A DNA stretch of 64,000 bases. Source: Macrostomum lignano (Eukaryota). Every line of letters begins with the position of its first letter. Positions within the stretch are counted from its first letter, which is position 1. A program made the translations under genes and the position numbers. The notes under the pieces were generated by a model. It saw only the letters and a list, made by a program, of their open reading frames with translations. It was not told where the DNA came from and did no database searches. Location: the NCBI GenBank assembly GCA_002269645.1, contig NIVC01000041.1:558001-622000 (forward strand), written 5' to 3'. Shown piece by piece: positions 51,801 to 64,000 of the stretch.

Positions 51801-54437
51801 AAAATGCGCACCATTGCCTCCGATTGATATACGATAGCTGAGATTACGCCGCCTGATTCCTGTACCTCTACCGTTGCGCCTGGCACACTTTGCAGCTGCT
51901 CCACAATTGTGATTACGGGATTTGCACCCTTCTTAGCCTCGCGCAGCTGATTCCGTAGGTTTTGCACATCGGAATTTGATACGATCTTTCCGATATTCTC
52001 CATTAAATAACTTTTAACTTTTGTAACATTGGCTCCAACATCCAGCATTAACTTGGCACGTTCGCGAGCATCCTCGGGAAGCTTGCGCTGCTTCCTGGTA
52101 TGGCGAAATGCCTCCGGTACAATTGTATGGTTATGTTCAGATGACATGGACAGTACAACAAGTTTGTCACCTGTGCCATTTGCATGAATTACAATCTCAA
52201 ATGGGCAGTTCTGCCGATGGGATCTGTGGGAATAAAAAATATGCTGCAATGATTCTATGATCGCTATTACTTCTATCGAATCCGTCTAATCAATGAATAA
52301 ATCTTGAATGCTAACGAGTGCATCAATGTAGAGATGACGCACTGCTTTCGAGTGTAGCAACGACCTAGGCACGAGTGCGCGGAGCGCACGAGTGATTTCG
52401 GCCATAGATGCACGAGTGAGCGTTCATGATTTCCATTCTTGTTTGAGCCATTCCTGCTCGAAAGATAGACTAGAGTGGGAAGAATGTGCAGAAGCGGGGT
52501 GTGTGGCGTGTGGGGGTGTGGGAGCGAAGCCTCCACTATTGACCGATAGGTTTAGCCGTAGACAAATGTGTACAAGCGTAATTCAATGCCATAGACATTG
52601 ATAAAATTAAAGCTGTGCCTGGATGGAATGGATCAGGTTTTTTTCCTGCGACCGAGGCTGCGTGTAGGCTCCGATGGCCTGTGGTACACAAAACAGGCAA
52701 TTGTATCAATACGCTAGGACCTATGTTAAAGCGCGCATGTCTGCTAGTGCCGAGCTGTCGCGACCCTATACAGCGCATTGTGTACGGCCTACTGTAGGGA
52801 GCTACACGAATTGCTGGAATTCCGACAGATTACTATCACGAAGGTGACTGGGCACAACGTAATTTCCAAATTTATATAATTATCTAGTTGAAACAACTGG
52901 TGTCATCCTATTAAATTATCTAAAAATCATACATGTTCCATTATTGATTTACAGATAAGTACATCGGTCAAGGAAGCTAGAGAGGGCATCATGGCCAAGA
53001 TGAGCAACCACTTGACAGAGGCTCTCGTCGGGCATACATGTACGCCATCAATTGAAGGAACTATACCGGCAACGGGTCGGCCGAAATAGTGGAAATATCT
53101 GAGCAGACTTTTAGCACAGATTCTGCATTACGAATTGCCGCACTGTCAAAAAATCTGAAGATTTTAGCCGGCGGCACCAACAACATTGTGCAATTTACTT
53201 TTGAGTAAGGCCTTGACGCTCTGGGCAGTTGTGTATTTGACATATTGCTTAATTTCTGTATTTTATATAGTTGTGTCCCGATCGTTTCTGTAGCTACTAA
53301 CTGTTACTAACTGTTGTCATACATAATTAAATAAATGTGTCAGCGTGCAGGAATGCAGCGTTAATGAAATTCGGCCATAGACAATACCATCCTGTGCGGT
53401 TTACATGTACATCATTCCCGCACGCTGGCTCAAACAAGAATGTATTTTATATCAGCAAACACCGACCTTTGGTTTGGACGACTTCCTGCGCCCCTAGGTT
53501 GATAGGCCCCTGCGTTCTGGCAAACAAACCGAAGATAGGTGTACTGCAATGCTTGTCTACAAATGCAGAAGATGAGAAAAGCAGGTAATCACTTTGACAG
53601 TTTTGAGTAAAGACAATAATTGAGTATGATATTATTTTGCATTATTTTTGGATCAGAATAAAAATACTTACTGAAATTGTCGAGATGGAGCCTTCTTTTT
53701 TGCTTGAACAATAGTTGTAGAATCTCTGATCCTAAGGTTAAAAAAGCTTGCTTTCTCAAAGTCTACAATGGCCTTTTTTAAATCTTCGTAGGAATCAAAA
53801 GTTGCACCTTTCTCCATATTTCAGACACAGACAAATTAGCTAGCAGATATATAGATTCAGGCCTTATGCTCTAGACAAATATAGGTCTTTATAATTTAAA
53901 CTATATAGTACAAATATACTATGCATAGCATATTGCACATTATAAAATATAGAATCTTTGAGATTGTTTTTTAGTTGAAAGAGAAGTTAATTGGAAATTC
54001 TATGTAAAAAAATCAATCGGTACACACGATTTAGGGCTTTATTGAATAATACCACCGTATTTTATATATTATTTGGAGCTAGCTTGCTTGCGTCTGAGGT
54101 TTAAACTACACAAATAAAGACTAATATTATTATAACAAACTTATAGTTGTTTTGTTATCGACATCGTTAGAGTAAGTTCCGTGTTATTTATTTATATAAT
54201 AAAACTTATGTTTCATTTATATATTCTCTAGCATAATAACAATAAATGCGTTAATAAAAAAGTATTATTTCTGTCCGCCGTGCACGCAAGCATAGCATTA
54301 CGTGCACGGCAACCGTTCACGCAATTCTTATATTATATGCACGGCCGCCGTGCACGTAAGTAGAACATTACGTGCACGGCAGCCGTTCACGCAATTCTTA
54401 TACTATATGCACGGCCGCCGTGCACGCAAGCTCTTCG
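45859..54437 (-). mobile_element. Autonomous-type Mutator (MULE) transposon, 8.58 kb
   Basis: TIRs begin CGAAGAGCTTGCGTGCACGGCGGCCGTGCATA and run at least 160 bp; 9-bp TSD TATCCCCAC at 45850..45858 and 54438..54446; contains a MULE transposase gene. Confidence 0.95.
49041..53817 (-). CDS. MULE transposase with ZSWIM3-like N-terminus, DDE core, SWIM finger, (AEAERL)n tract, AT-hook and partial PHD; complement(join(49041..49348,49438..50380,50468..52223,53467..53556,53672..53817)), ~1080 aa
   Basis: [17 protein letters not shown]; GSRPNQ|RSHRQNCPF; LIFDATYK; LLVDKD; CQFH; RLESFH; SWIM CQC...CRH; RRGRPRG; CGSC...[12 protein letters not shown]. All four introns are GT-AG with phases 2,2,0,1 and the joined frame is open. 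Confidence 0.9.
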
Positions 54438-57400
54438 TATCCCCACGGTACCGTAGGAATAATTTCTGTCTTATTCCAATGGTACCGTGCGAATAATTTT
54501 CTGCTTATTCGCACGGCACACTGAGGAGATAGCTGCCCTATCTTCTACATATGCCGTGCGAATTATTTTCTGCTTATCCGCACGGCACACTGATGAGATA
54601 GCTGCCCTATCTTCTACATATGCCGTGTGGGAAGTTTAGTACATACGATTTGAGTACAGTATAACAACTTTGTTGAATTATTGTTGAATAAGTTGAATAA
54701 GATAAAGAAGGGTATCAGTAAAGCAGAATAACATGCATTTACACATGCATATACTAGTCTAGAACTGATTTGAGTTTATACATCAAGATCAACAGCTTCT
54801 TATTATCCTCAGTTCAAATTCCTTTTCAATAAGCTATAAACTATTCACGCATAGCATATATATGTAGCAGATAGGGCAGCTAGTAAAGCAGAAGGAATAA
54901 AATAGAGGCAGCTATCTCGTCAGTGTGCCGTGCGGATAAGCAGAAAATTATTCGCACGGCATATGTAGAAGATGGTACCGTGGGGATAAGCACTGCCTTT
55001 TTTAAAATGCACAGAGCATTCTTGAAAATTGCACATAGGCCTTAGCTGCAGGGCAGTCCAAAGACGCAGCGGGGAGGCCAAAGTTGCCCATTTTGCTAGC
55101 ATATAGGCCTAGCATTCTCAAAAATTGCACACAACATTCTTAAAAATTTTACATAGCAATATTAAAAATTGTACACCACAAAATTAAAAATTGCATACAG
55201 CAATATTGAAAATTGCATACAGCATTCTCATAAACTGTACAGAGCACATGTTGATCACTGATATTTTTAATTACACTTAACTTTATTTTCTAGGCCTAGC
55301 CGGCAGCCACCTAGTCCACTCATTCATGGCCATAGACATAGGCCTAGCTAGTTTTAGACTCTGAAAACTTTAATCAAGTTTACCAAAACTGCAAACTAGT
55401 TTGCCCATAGCAAGCAAAGGCCTAGTTCTAGAGTCTTACTTGTCTAACCTATTTAAGTATTATCAGCCTGAGCTGAGCCTAGGCCTAGGGCGGGGCTAAT
55501 AAGCCAAGAAAATATTATTAGGCCTAGTTAAATAATTCATTTAGAATCTGACTTAGGTCTACCTTGGAAGTCTATCACTTCCATTGTGTTGCCATGGGTA
55601 CCCATCACACTTATAATCTTCCAAATCAGTTTCACTTTCTGGCTTAAATAAATAAATTGTTCCACCTTGGGGTCGAAACAGTGTTGTCGCAGCTGGCCCG
55701 GCCGGGCCGCGAAAATACCAACACCGTATACGATCCATTCATTCATTCCTATCGCTATTAAAATACGTCCTAAATGAAATAAAAAGTGATTTTTTATTTT
55801 ATGACAGATCATTCTCCTAACTATTTAATTAAATGCAACTATTGGATGTTTTCTGTACTGAATCATTTTTTGTTAATATGCATCAACTTATTTAAGATGG
55901 GTGTTTTCCAGAAAAGAGATCTGGAAACGAGCTGTGCAATTCGATCACGGACACGGTAAATTTATCAAGTTAGTTAGGCCTACATGTCCAATCAGACTAT
56001 TGTTAACTTAACTTGAAAACAATTGATATCTGACATGGAGTTACAAGAACATGTTTTAGTTACACGTGTTGATAATGTGTCGATTTTAAAGATTGGTTCG
56101 CCTCCTCAAGTTTCTGCATGTCTTTCACTGACATCATATTTTTCTGTGTTTTTTACTTCAGATGGAAGACAAATCGTAAGTAAAATTGATTCTCTTGCTT
56201 TTCAAGTCATACTGTCTTGAAAAATTAAACTCCAAAATAATTTTTAAGTAACAAGTTATCCTAGCATTCCTAATTCATAGTAATTTGGTAATTCCCCATG
56301 GTCAAGAAGGTGCACCATGTGCACCGCAACAAATCCCCAGTCAAATTTTTAACTGTGCACTGTAGGCCAGGTAAAAAAGTGCATGTGCACCAAGAAAAAG
56401 ATATTTGCACCTTGTATTACTATTAGGCCTAGTAGCTAGAAGCTATTATACAGCAATGTAACAAATTATAGGTTTTGCAAAATGCATCAGTCAAAGACAT
56501 AAAAGAAAGCAAAAAAGCACAATTCTAAAAAAATAAATGTCCATGTCATCCTCAGACTTCGATTCAGCCAGTTCACAGTTGTAGACTTAACATCCAATGA
56601 ATAATCAGACTTCTTCAAGTTTATGTTGATAAAATATTTCCATTTTTTTATTTTTCTGAAATTTTCACCAGAAACTTAGGGGATGCTCAAAATGATAAAA
56701 AAGCAAAAAAATCACCAAAAAACTAAATTCTGTGGTGATGTGGCCTCAGTTTATTAATCCCTTATATTGTCAATAAGAATTCAAAAAAAATTGTTTCAAT
56801 GAATTTTGAATTTAAAAATGAACATTTTTTGAAACAAAAAGCGAAATCCAAAAACGTGGGATAAAATGGTAAAACAAATCTGCGGACATTCGATGGAAAG
56901 TAATGTATCTAAAAAAGGTTTTTGAAAGATAGATAGGTCTTTAAAAATAGTTCTGGATAAAAACTATTGTTTTCCCATAGCTGGGAAGGTGGCAGTTTTT
57001 GGTGAATTTTCCGGCGCAAATTGGCCCTTTTTTGGCATACACGGCGCACATGGCGTACAAGGAAAAATCGGAAATGCTCTGGCGGTGCACATGGCGCATG
57101 GCGCTGAAAAAAATATATAGTTACACATCGTTATACTTTGCAAAATATATAGTGTCAGGCCTAATTCCATAATTCGTAAAATAAAATTACGTAAATTACG
57201 TAAATCACGATATACAATACGTAAATGAAATTCAAATTTGTCTACCGTAAATTCCTTACGGTAGAATAAATACCTTACCTTTCCTTACCTTACCTTATCA
57301 TGGCGCGCTGCGGTGCACGAAATCTTTTCTTCATGGCGCACGGCGCACAGTGCTCAAAAGCCATCAAAATAGTTCCAGCGCACACTGTGCCACCTTCCCG

Positions 57401-57876
57401 ACTATGGTTGTTTTCATGCTTTATATTGTTGAATAAATAAGAAAAAACCACCAAAAAGCATTTTGAAAGTCCAAGTTGACCGATTTGCAATTTTTTATTT
57501 CACTTTTTTTCATTATTAAACAATTAATTTTAAGACTTGTAGGCCTTAGAGAAGGCTAATTTTTTTATTACTTACAAAACAGAAAGTAATCTGTGTTTTA
57601 CTTTTTATTCAATTCAAAAAGATGAAGTATTTCTAAGGATTTCATAGTTTTTCTAAAACCATATAAACTCGCAAAAATTCATACTAATATAAAGTGCAAA
57701 GTTTGCCAGCAAACATCTTTCTCTAAAAGTAAATATATCGCTAATTCCTTGTTGCAAAATAATCTTTAAGTTGTTTTCTTTCATTTAAATATCAACTTGC
57801 ATACTGCATAGTATTAGTGTTTGTAATATGCCTATATTTAGACTTCAAAATTTTGGGTAAAAAATGGTATCACAAA

Positions 57877-58225
57877 ATGTGAACCCGGCATCCAAATCAG
57901 ATGCTTACTGTATGCTCATTAAGCGACAAAGAACAATGAAATTACACTAAAACATGTATCATCGTGGCGTATATGCAGGAAAAAAAGAATTTTCCAAATT
58001 GCTTCAGTAGAAGCTGAGTAAAATGCAATTTTCCAATCCTTATGGGAATTCCAATGTGTTACCCGGCTTCTAAATCAGATGCTTACTGTATGCTCATTAA
58101 GCGACGAAGAACAATGAAATTACACTAAAACATGTATCATCGCGGCGTGTATGCAGGAAAAAAGAATTTTCCAAATCGCTTTAGTAGAAGCTGAGTAAAA
58201 TGCAATTTTCCCATCCTTACAGGAA
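57877..58225. repeat. Two-copy ~177-bp direct tandem duplication
   Basis: ATGTG..ACCCGGC..C.AAATCAGATGCTTACTGTATGCTCATTAAGCGAC at ~57878 and ~58054. Confidence 0.88.
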
Positions 58226-58720
58226 TTTGTATGTTTAAATAATAAACTTACGTTGAATACAATTTATTGCAAACGAACTCTACAAAATATACATTGTCAA
58301 GAGTAACAAAAGTGATAAACAAATAAACCCTTGAAAATAATGTTAAATATGTTGTAGAATTATAGAGTGTAACATTATAAGATAGTTAAAGTTAATAAAA
58401 TACATTATTATAGCTTTTCTATCATTTTCATTAGACTCATTTTAGGTCGTAATTAAACTTACCGTTTTAACAAATCATTTTATTAAAAATAAATCTATAC
58501 AAAAATAATTTGTGCTTTAATAGACTTTTTTACGTTTTAAAAACTTGAATAAATTTATTTTATAGCTTTATTGCTTTCGAATTGCCAAAAAAACAAATTT
58601 TCATAAAACTTGCCCCTAATTTTTGGATTTCACCAAAAATAAGTTAAAATGTTTATAAATATAAAATTAAAAAATCACAAGTAATATTAAACATTTTACA
58701 ATTATAATGTACAGTGAATA

Positions 58721-60052
58721 CGAGGGGCATTCAAAAAGTTTTGGCAACTGCATATGCAGATATACTTTGGCTCAAGCAAAACACACTAAATTTTAGGGAC
58801 ATTTTTAGTAACATGCCTGAGACCACCATATAAATTTTCAGCTCAATGGCTTCACCCGTTATTGCACAATTCACACTTAACCATACCTACGTTTCAGCTT
58901 CTGACAAATTATGGAAAATATCAGCTCAGAAAACACGCGCTTCTACATCTTCATGCGCGCACAACTTGGAGAAAATGCCACCAAAATCCATGCCGACTTA
59001 GCACAGGTGATAGGGGATCAAGCTCCATCTTATCGCACCGTTGCGCGATGGATTGAGGCTTTTGGCGCCGGCAGGAGCAGCCTCTGTGACGACCCTCGAT
59101 CGGGGAGGCCGAGCACAGCCGTGACCAAGAGCAACATTGACACTGTGCAATCGCTGGTGGCTGAGGACCCAAACATTTCTGTTGCCATGCTGAGCCAGAC
59201 ACTTGACATATCTGAGGGCAGCGTTTTCACCATCCTGAATGAGCAGCTCGGGCTCAGGAAGATCACAGCTCGTTGGGTGCCACATCAGCTCACTGAGGAG
59301 CAGCGCCAGGAGCGGGTTCGCTGCAGTCAGGAGTTCTTGCGATGCTTCGGTTCTGGCGGCACCAAGCGCCTCTCTGACATTGTCACCGGTGACGAGAAGT
59401 GGTTTTACTACTTCCAGGTGCCCAACAAGAGCCAGAACAAGGTTTGGATTGGCGCAGATGAAGAGCGTCCAACAGTTCTGCAATCAGCATTTTGCTCACG
59501 CAAGCAGATGTTCGTTGTGTTCTTCAGCATCTGTGGCCCAGTAGCTGTTGTCATGGTGCCCAAAGGCCAGAATGTGAACGCCAGCTTCTATACCAGCACT
59601 GCCCTGCCAGCTGTCGTTGATTTCGTGCGGCAAAATCAACGCACGCGCTTGGAGTCAGGTCGCATCCACCTTCACCATGACAATGCGTCAAGCCACACTG
59701 CGGCGATGACTTCAGCATTTCTGGAGGAGAATCGGCTGAAAACCGTTCGCCACCCGCCCTACAGCCCGGACTTGGCTCCGTGCGACTTCTGGGCCTTCCC
59801 GAAACTGACCGAGAGGCTGGCTGGGTGCCAATTTCAGAGGCCGCAAGACCTGGCGCGCGCTATCAATTCAGAGTTGAGGGCATTCACTGAATCGGAGTAC
59901 CGCGGCGCCTTTGATTCGTGGCTACGGAGGCATCAGAAGTGCATAGAGCGCGGCAGAGACTACATAGAAGGACTGTAAACCCTTACTTTTAGAATAATGA
60001 GCTTGCACTAGGTTTTAGTAGCCTGTTGCCAAAACTTTTTGAATACCCCTCG
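58721..60052 (+). mobile_element. Full-length mariner transposon (1332 bp), CGAGGGG-type TIR as in the irritans/Hsmar2-like group
   Basis: 28-bp TIRs CGAGGGG(C/T)ATTCAAAAAGTTTTGGCAAC with one mismatch; TA TSD at 58719..58720 and 60053..60054. Confidence 0.97.
58911..59978 (+). CDS. Mariner transposase, 355 aa, intact DD34D
   Basis: HTH N-terminus, WVPHQL, TGDEKW, HHDNA and YSPDLAPCDF; 34 residues between the second and third Asp. Confidence 0.97.
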   Translation: MENISSENTRFYIFMRAQLGENATKIHADLAQVIGDQAPSYRTVARWIEAFGAGRSSLCDDPRSGRPSTAVTKSNIDTVQSLVAEDPNISVAMLSQTLDISEGSVFTILNEQLGLRKITARWVPHQLTEEQRQERVRCSQEFLRCFGSGGTKRLSDIVTGDEKWFYYFQVPNKSQNKVWIGADEERPTVLQSAFCSRKQMFVVFFSICGPVAVVMVPKGQNVNASFYTSTALPAVVDFVRQNQRTRLESGRIHLHHDNASSHTAAMTSAFLEENRLKTVRHPPYSPDLAPCDFWAFPKLTERLAGCQFQRPQDLARAINSELRAFTESEYRGAFDSWLRRHQKCIERGRDYIEGL

Positions 60053-61199
60053 TATAAATAACTTTATCAAATTGGATATTGAGTTTTGTTATAATGTCAA
60101 ATAATTGCCACATCACAGCTTCCTATTTTTTAAATTTGCCATATCTACAATGTGCTGACAAACATCTAATACATTCTGATTTGTTGCTATCTTTGACATT
60201 GTGGTAAACATTAATCTCTTGCCAAATGAATTAATGATATAAATAATTAATCATATTATAAATGTCTGTAATATTCAAGTTTGCATTGATTAAATCAACT
60301 TCCATGAAGAATCCCCTACCCAAAAACCCCTTATCCCATTCTATGCCCAGATATTTGATCACATACATGCGCAACTGCTGGCCAATCTGGCCACTGTAAA
60401 TTGTGGTGGACCAGGGGTAAGTTGCAAAAATGCCCAGCCTAAAGAATATGGATGTAGTACTAATCAGATGACAAGGCATTTAGCTCTTATAATGCAGTCA
60501 AAGTTACTCCTGCCATTTAACCAAAATTGCATTAAGGTTTCTTTCACAGGTAAGTCGCATTTTTGGTCAAAAAGTAAGTCGCATGGCCAGTGTAAATCAG
60601 CGGGGTTGTGCGTGTATGGTTGATCATTGACCTTTTTCTTCCTTCTATTTTGGAGAAAGATTGATCTTTCTTCTATTGAGTCTAGAATTTATCAACACCT
60701 TGAATGGGTCTGACTCTAGGCCTCTATTCAAGTTTTTGTTGATAAAAGTAACCCCCATCAAGGATCCCCTACCCATAAACCCCCTATTTCCCATGCCCTA
60801 GTATTTGGTCATTGACCTTTTGGTAGGCCCTAGGGTTTACATTCCCTAGTTTATATTATTGAATTGAATATTTGAGAAAGAGCAAATACACATTTATATG
60901 TCACACTTTATGTGAAAAAAATTTTTATTGCATGAGACTGCACCCTAAGTGCCACGCATTATGTGCCGTGTGCACCAAAAAATTCCTTTGTGTGCACCAC
61001 AATTTTTCATGACATATATCACTTTCCTGACTGTGATAATTCCCTTTATTATAGACCAAGTCAGGGTGATTTTATATATGCTAGAAGTTACCCAAAAATC
61101 TTACTGCATATTGAAAAGCTTTAAAGCAGCAATCAGCATAATTGAGAACCTTTTTTTGCAAGAACAAAACCTGCTACATACTTTAGAGGCTTGTCTAGT

Positions 61200-63799
61200 T
61201 TGGCTCTAGGGTGAACTCAAAGCTTGGCATTGACAAGTCATTGACAAGCTATACAGTAGCTAAGAGTTAAGGGCTTCTGCACCTTATCAGCAGAATTATC
61301 TGCATTCACAGAAGCTCCGAGCTGGTTCTTGTTTCCTGTGTCGATTGCAGCTATGCACTTGTCATTCTGGCAGTTCCAACCTTGTGCAGTTGATTGCACC
61401 AATCCACTTGCGGCAATTGATTGAAGTGTGCTAAAAATGCTATGACTTCTGGCTTGTTGTTAAATCTGTTGTGTCCATAAACCAGGCTGAACAAGTTCTG
61501 TATAAATTATGAAACAAAGTACAAAACAAGTTTTATTCAGTTTTGATTTCTGAATAATTTAAGTTATTCAGCTACAATTACAAATACTATATGACTGTAC
61601 AATTCAAAATGTTTAAATTTAATGATTGACTTTTGCAATAGCAGCAATAGATTTATTTGCAATGATTCTATGTAGTTCTGTTGTTTATTGTCTATTATTA
61701 ATATTTGTAAAACATAAATTTAGTAAAATGCTGGACTTACAAAGTCATACCATGAAGAAGTTTGAAAAGCTTATAAAAATACTCACCTCCACATGATCCT
61801 GAGTCAGTCTTCTAGTACAGACAAAGTCAAAGCTATCCATAAGGATTAGAGATTCTGCCAGTTTTGAGATTGATGCAATTGAAGTCAGCCACAGGCCTTG
61901 AATTTCGCAGTCATTTTTGCAGCACGACAGCCTAAAGGGTGAAATATCCGGCTCTTGACAAACTTGCTAAACTGCTGTAGGCTTGCTAGTTGGTCATAGA
62001 ATTTTTCCTTAGAGATGGGCTGCTTATATTCCTTGCCAAATACATGAATGGAGTTTAACATGTCGGATACACTGTCAACCTCATCAGCAAACTCGGCTGT
62101 CTGTAGAGCTTACTTAGGCATCTCTTGGTGATGAACAAGAATTTTAATCCTACTGGCATTCGAGTGGCTTGAGCAGCCAACAAGACTTTCATCTTCTAGG
62201 CCATTTGCAAATTGAAATGGGTGTCATCTAACTTGTTTGCCAATTTCAGATGAAGACTGCTGTCTATATTATAGAAGCAGACAATGTGTTGCCACTGAGC
62301 CACCTTACAACCATCAAATTCGATATTGTTTTTGATGAGAGCGTTTCTCAAACTTTTTAGACAATGGGGCACATCAATGAAAACGTAAACTGCTTCCTTT
62401 GTAATTGGATGGCACAGGAATGGTCTTTCTGGACTGTTTTGATAAGTATGCTCACTGTGTTGTTTCCTGATCTGCAAAAATAGTGACAACTCGAATTCCT
62501 GCATTATGACTGGCTGTCAAGCACTCGTTAATGGCGTTTTCAAATCCTTCCTGACACTGGGGATCTGTAAACCGGATAATAAGCAATAGTTTGTCTCCAG
62601 TCTCGTCTAACACCTTGCAGTACACCAACTACAGCTTCGTTCACAACTGGAGGAAAACACTTGCCACTGCCTCTGGTCTGCTTAGTTGCAGGGTCAAAGC
62701 AAACAATCTCGTCGCAGTGCTGGTCATATCGAATTGATGAAGACAGACTTATGCCATCAAAACAGTGTAGCGATGCGTTCATGGTCAGGTGCTGTAGTAT
62801 TTTCTCAGACAAGGAGCGCATGGTCATGCTGCATACACCAGTAGTGCTGAAGAACAGCCGAGTCCGCCTCTTGATCAAAGATTCCGACGGAATCGTCAAA
62901 TTCCAGTTGCTTCTTAGCAATCAATAAGCAGCTGGACTCTTGTGCCGCAGTTGTATCACCGATGATATGTCTCGGTTGGACCATCGCATGCCATGATAGT
63001 GTCTGGGCTCGTGCTAGATGAAGCTGAAGCTTATTTATCGTCGCTTGATGGTTGCAGAGTTGCTTTTGCAGCTTTTTTACTTGACTGGATTGGAGCGAAA
63101 ATCACAGTCGCAGCGCTCGATCTCTGTTGATGCATGTAGCTGTCACATCAGGTGCCCGCTTCGAAGTGCCTGGAGCAGCTGCAGTGTCCTCCTCAGCATC
63201 CCACCTTGTTAGAACAGGCGGATATAGTTTGTCAGCGTCTGCATCAGTCCTTGTTATCTCCAGCTCGCTTTCAAGCTTTAGCCGGGGCAGTACTAGCAGC
63301 TTGTTTGGTACTGCACTGCATTCCATAGCAATCGAGTAGATGCCTCATGCCGCAGTGTGGGGCAGCTGTAATCTGAATCGTCGAAATGTGCACTGCAGAC
63401 TTTCAACTCGCGCTTTCGAATCGCTGTAAGCTCTAAATCCAGCTCCAGAATTCCTTTCTATCGAGTAGCCACCGCGTCATCTGCAGGGAATCTGTACATT
63501 CGCACTGGAGTTCCAATATCACCTGTGTATGCTTGTGTTGTGTTTGTGCAAGTGGCTGCACAGCACTTTTTGAGCTAAATATAGAAGTTTGCGTGGCCAT
63601 GACCTAGCCTAAAGTCAGGAATGTATACTTTAGAAGATTGTACATATGGTTGAAAACTTCTTTTCCGATTGATTTCGTTTTAGTCACTGATAAGAATGTT
63701 TCTTATGATTTGCATTTACACTACCGTCCTAAGAGTAGTATCATTTTTGGTCCCCACATCGAGATAGGGAGTGACCTATCTAGTTATATAGTATCTGTG
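61200..63799 (-). pseudogene. Decayed THAP-domain P-element-type transposase/element
   Basis: THAP remnants KKCCAATC...YRFP...KVCSAHF; IPSESLIKRR; CFDGISL; WRQTIAYY; FIDVPHCLKSLRN; KMKV..AAQ. Several stops and frameshifts. A CACAGATACTATATAACTAG-like terminus ends at 63799; the other end was not found. Confidence 0.8.
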
Positions 63800-64000
63800 G
63801 TAAAAACCTAAAAAAGCCACAAAAAACATAAAATAACTTGTATATCAGTGTAAGAAACCTGGACTTGGGATCATACCTGTACAAAGTTCATGTCTAACTT
63901 TCTAAATACATGTGTGTTTTCGGTGTATTTTACTTGTGTAACTAAATTTTCCTAATCCTTACTAAATCATTAACTGAATTCCAATGTAAAAAACTGGGAA

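Larger units (their letters stand above)
45841..54997. mobile_element. Outer Mutator-type MITE (~570 bp when the insert is removed: 45841..45858 plus 54447..54997)
   Basis: Reconstructed 24-bp TIR GGCAGTGCTTATCCCCACGGTACC / GGTACCGTGGGGATAAGCACTGCC; 9-bp TSD TTTTTTAAA at 45832..45840 and 54998..55006. Confidence 0.92.

Noticed and set aside
55537-55812. ORF with a faint hAT dimerisation-like motif (DPKVEQFIYL)
   Set aside because: Similarity too weak; no ERxFS motif and no other hAT features nearby.

Overview
Eukaryotic, intron-rich genomic DNA from an invertebrate; the GC-rich Gln-rich exons and minisatellite-filled introns suggest a free-living flatworm such as Macrostomum (inference only). 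From 4.7 to 44 kb the window is gene dense. On the + strand are a DDT/WHIM-type (RSF1/CECR2-like) chromatin gene, an intronless unknown coiled-coil gene and a 3-thioredoxin ER PDI (PDIA5-like). On the - strand is a run of five same-orientation genes: two tandem paralogs of an unknown helical + TIR-like protein, XPA, an ENPP-family ectoenzyme and NAA40. Almost every long intron carries its own private tandem array, and some arrays are amplified copies of the splice junction itself. From 45.8 to 64 kb the window is transposon territory: an apparently intact 8.6-kb Mutator element nested in the terminal inverted repeat of a Mutator-type MITE (both 9-bp TSDs visible), an intact D34D mariner and a decayed THAP/P-element. 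Exon joins were worked out by hand from GT/GC-AG sites and reading-frame phase. There is no transcript or database evidence.
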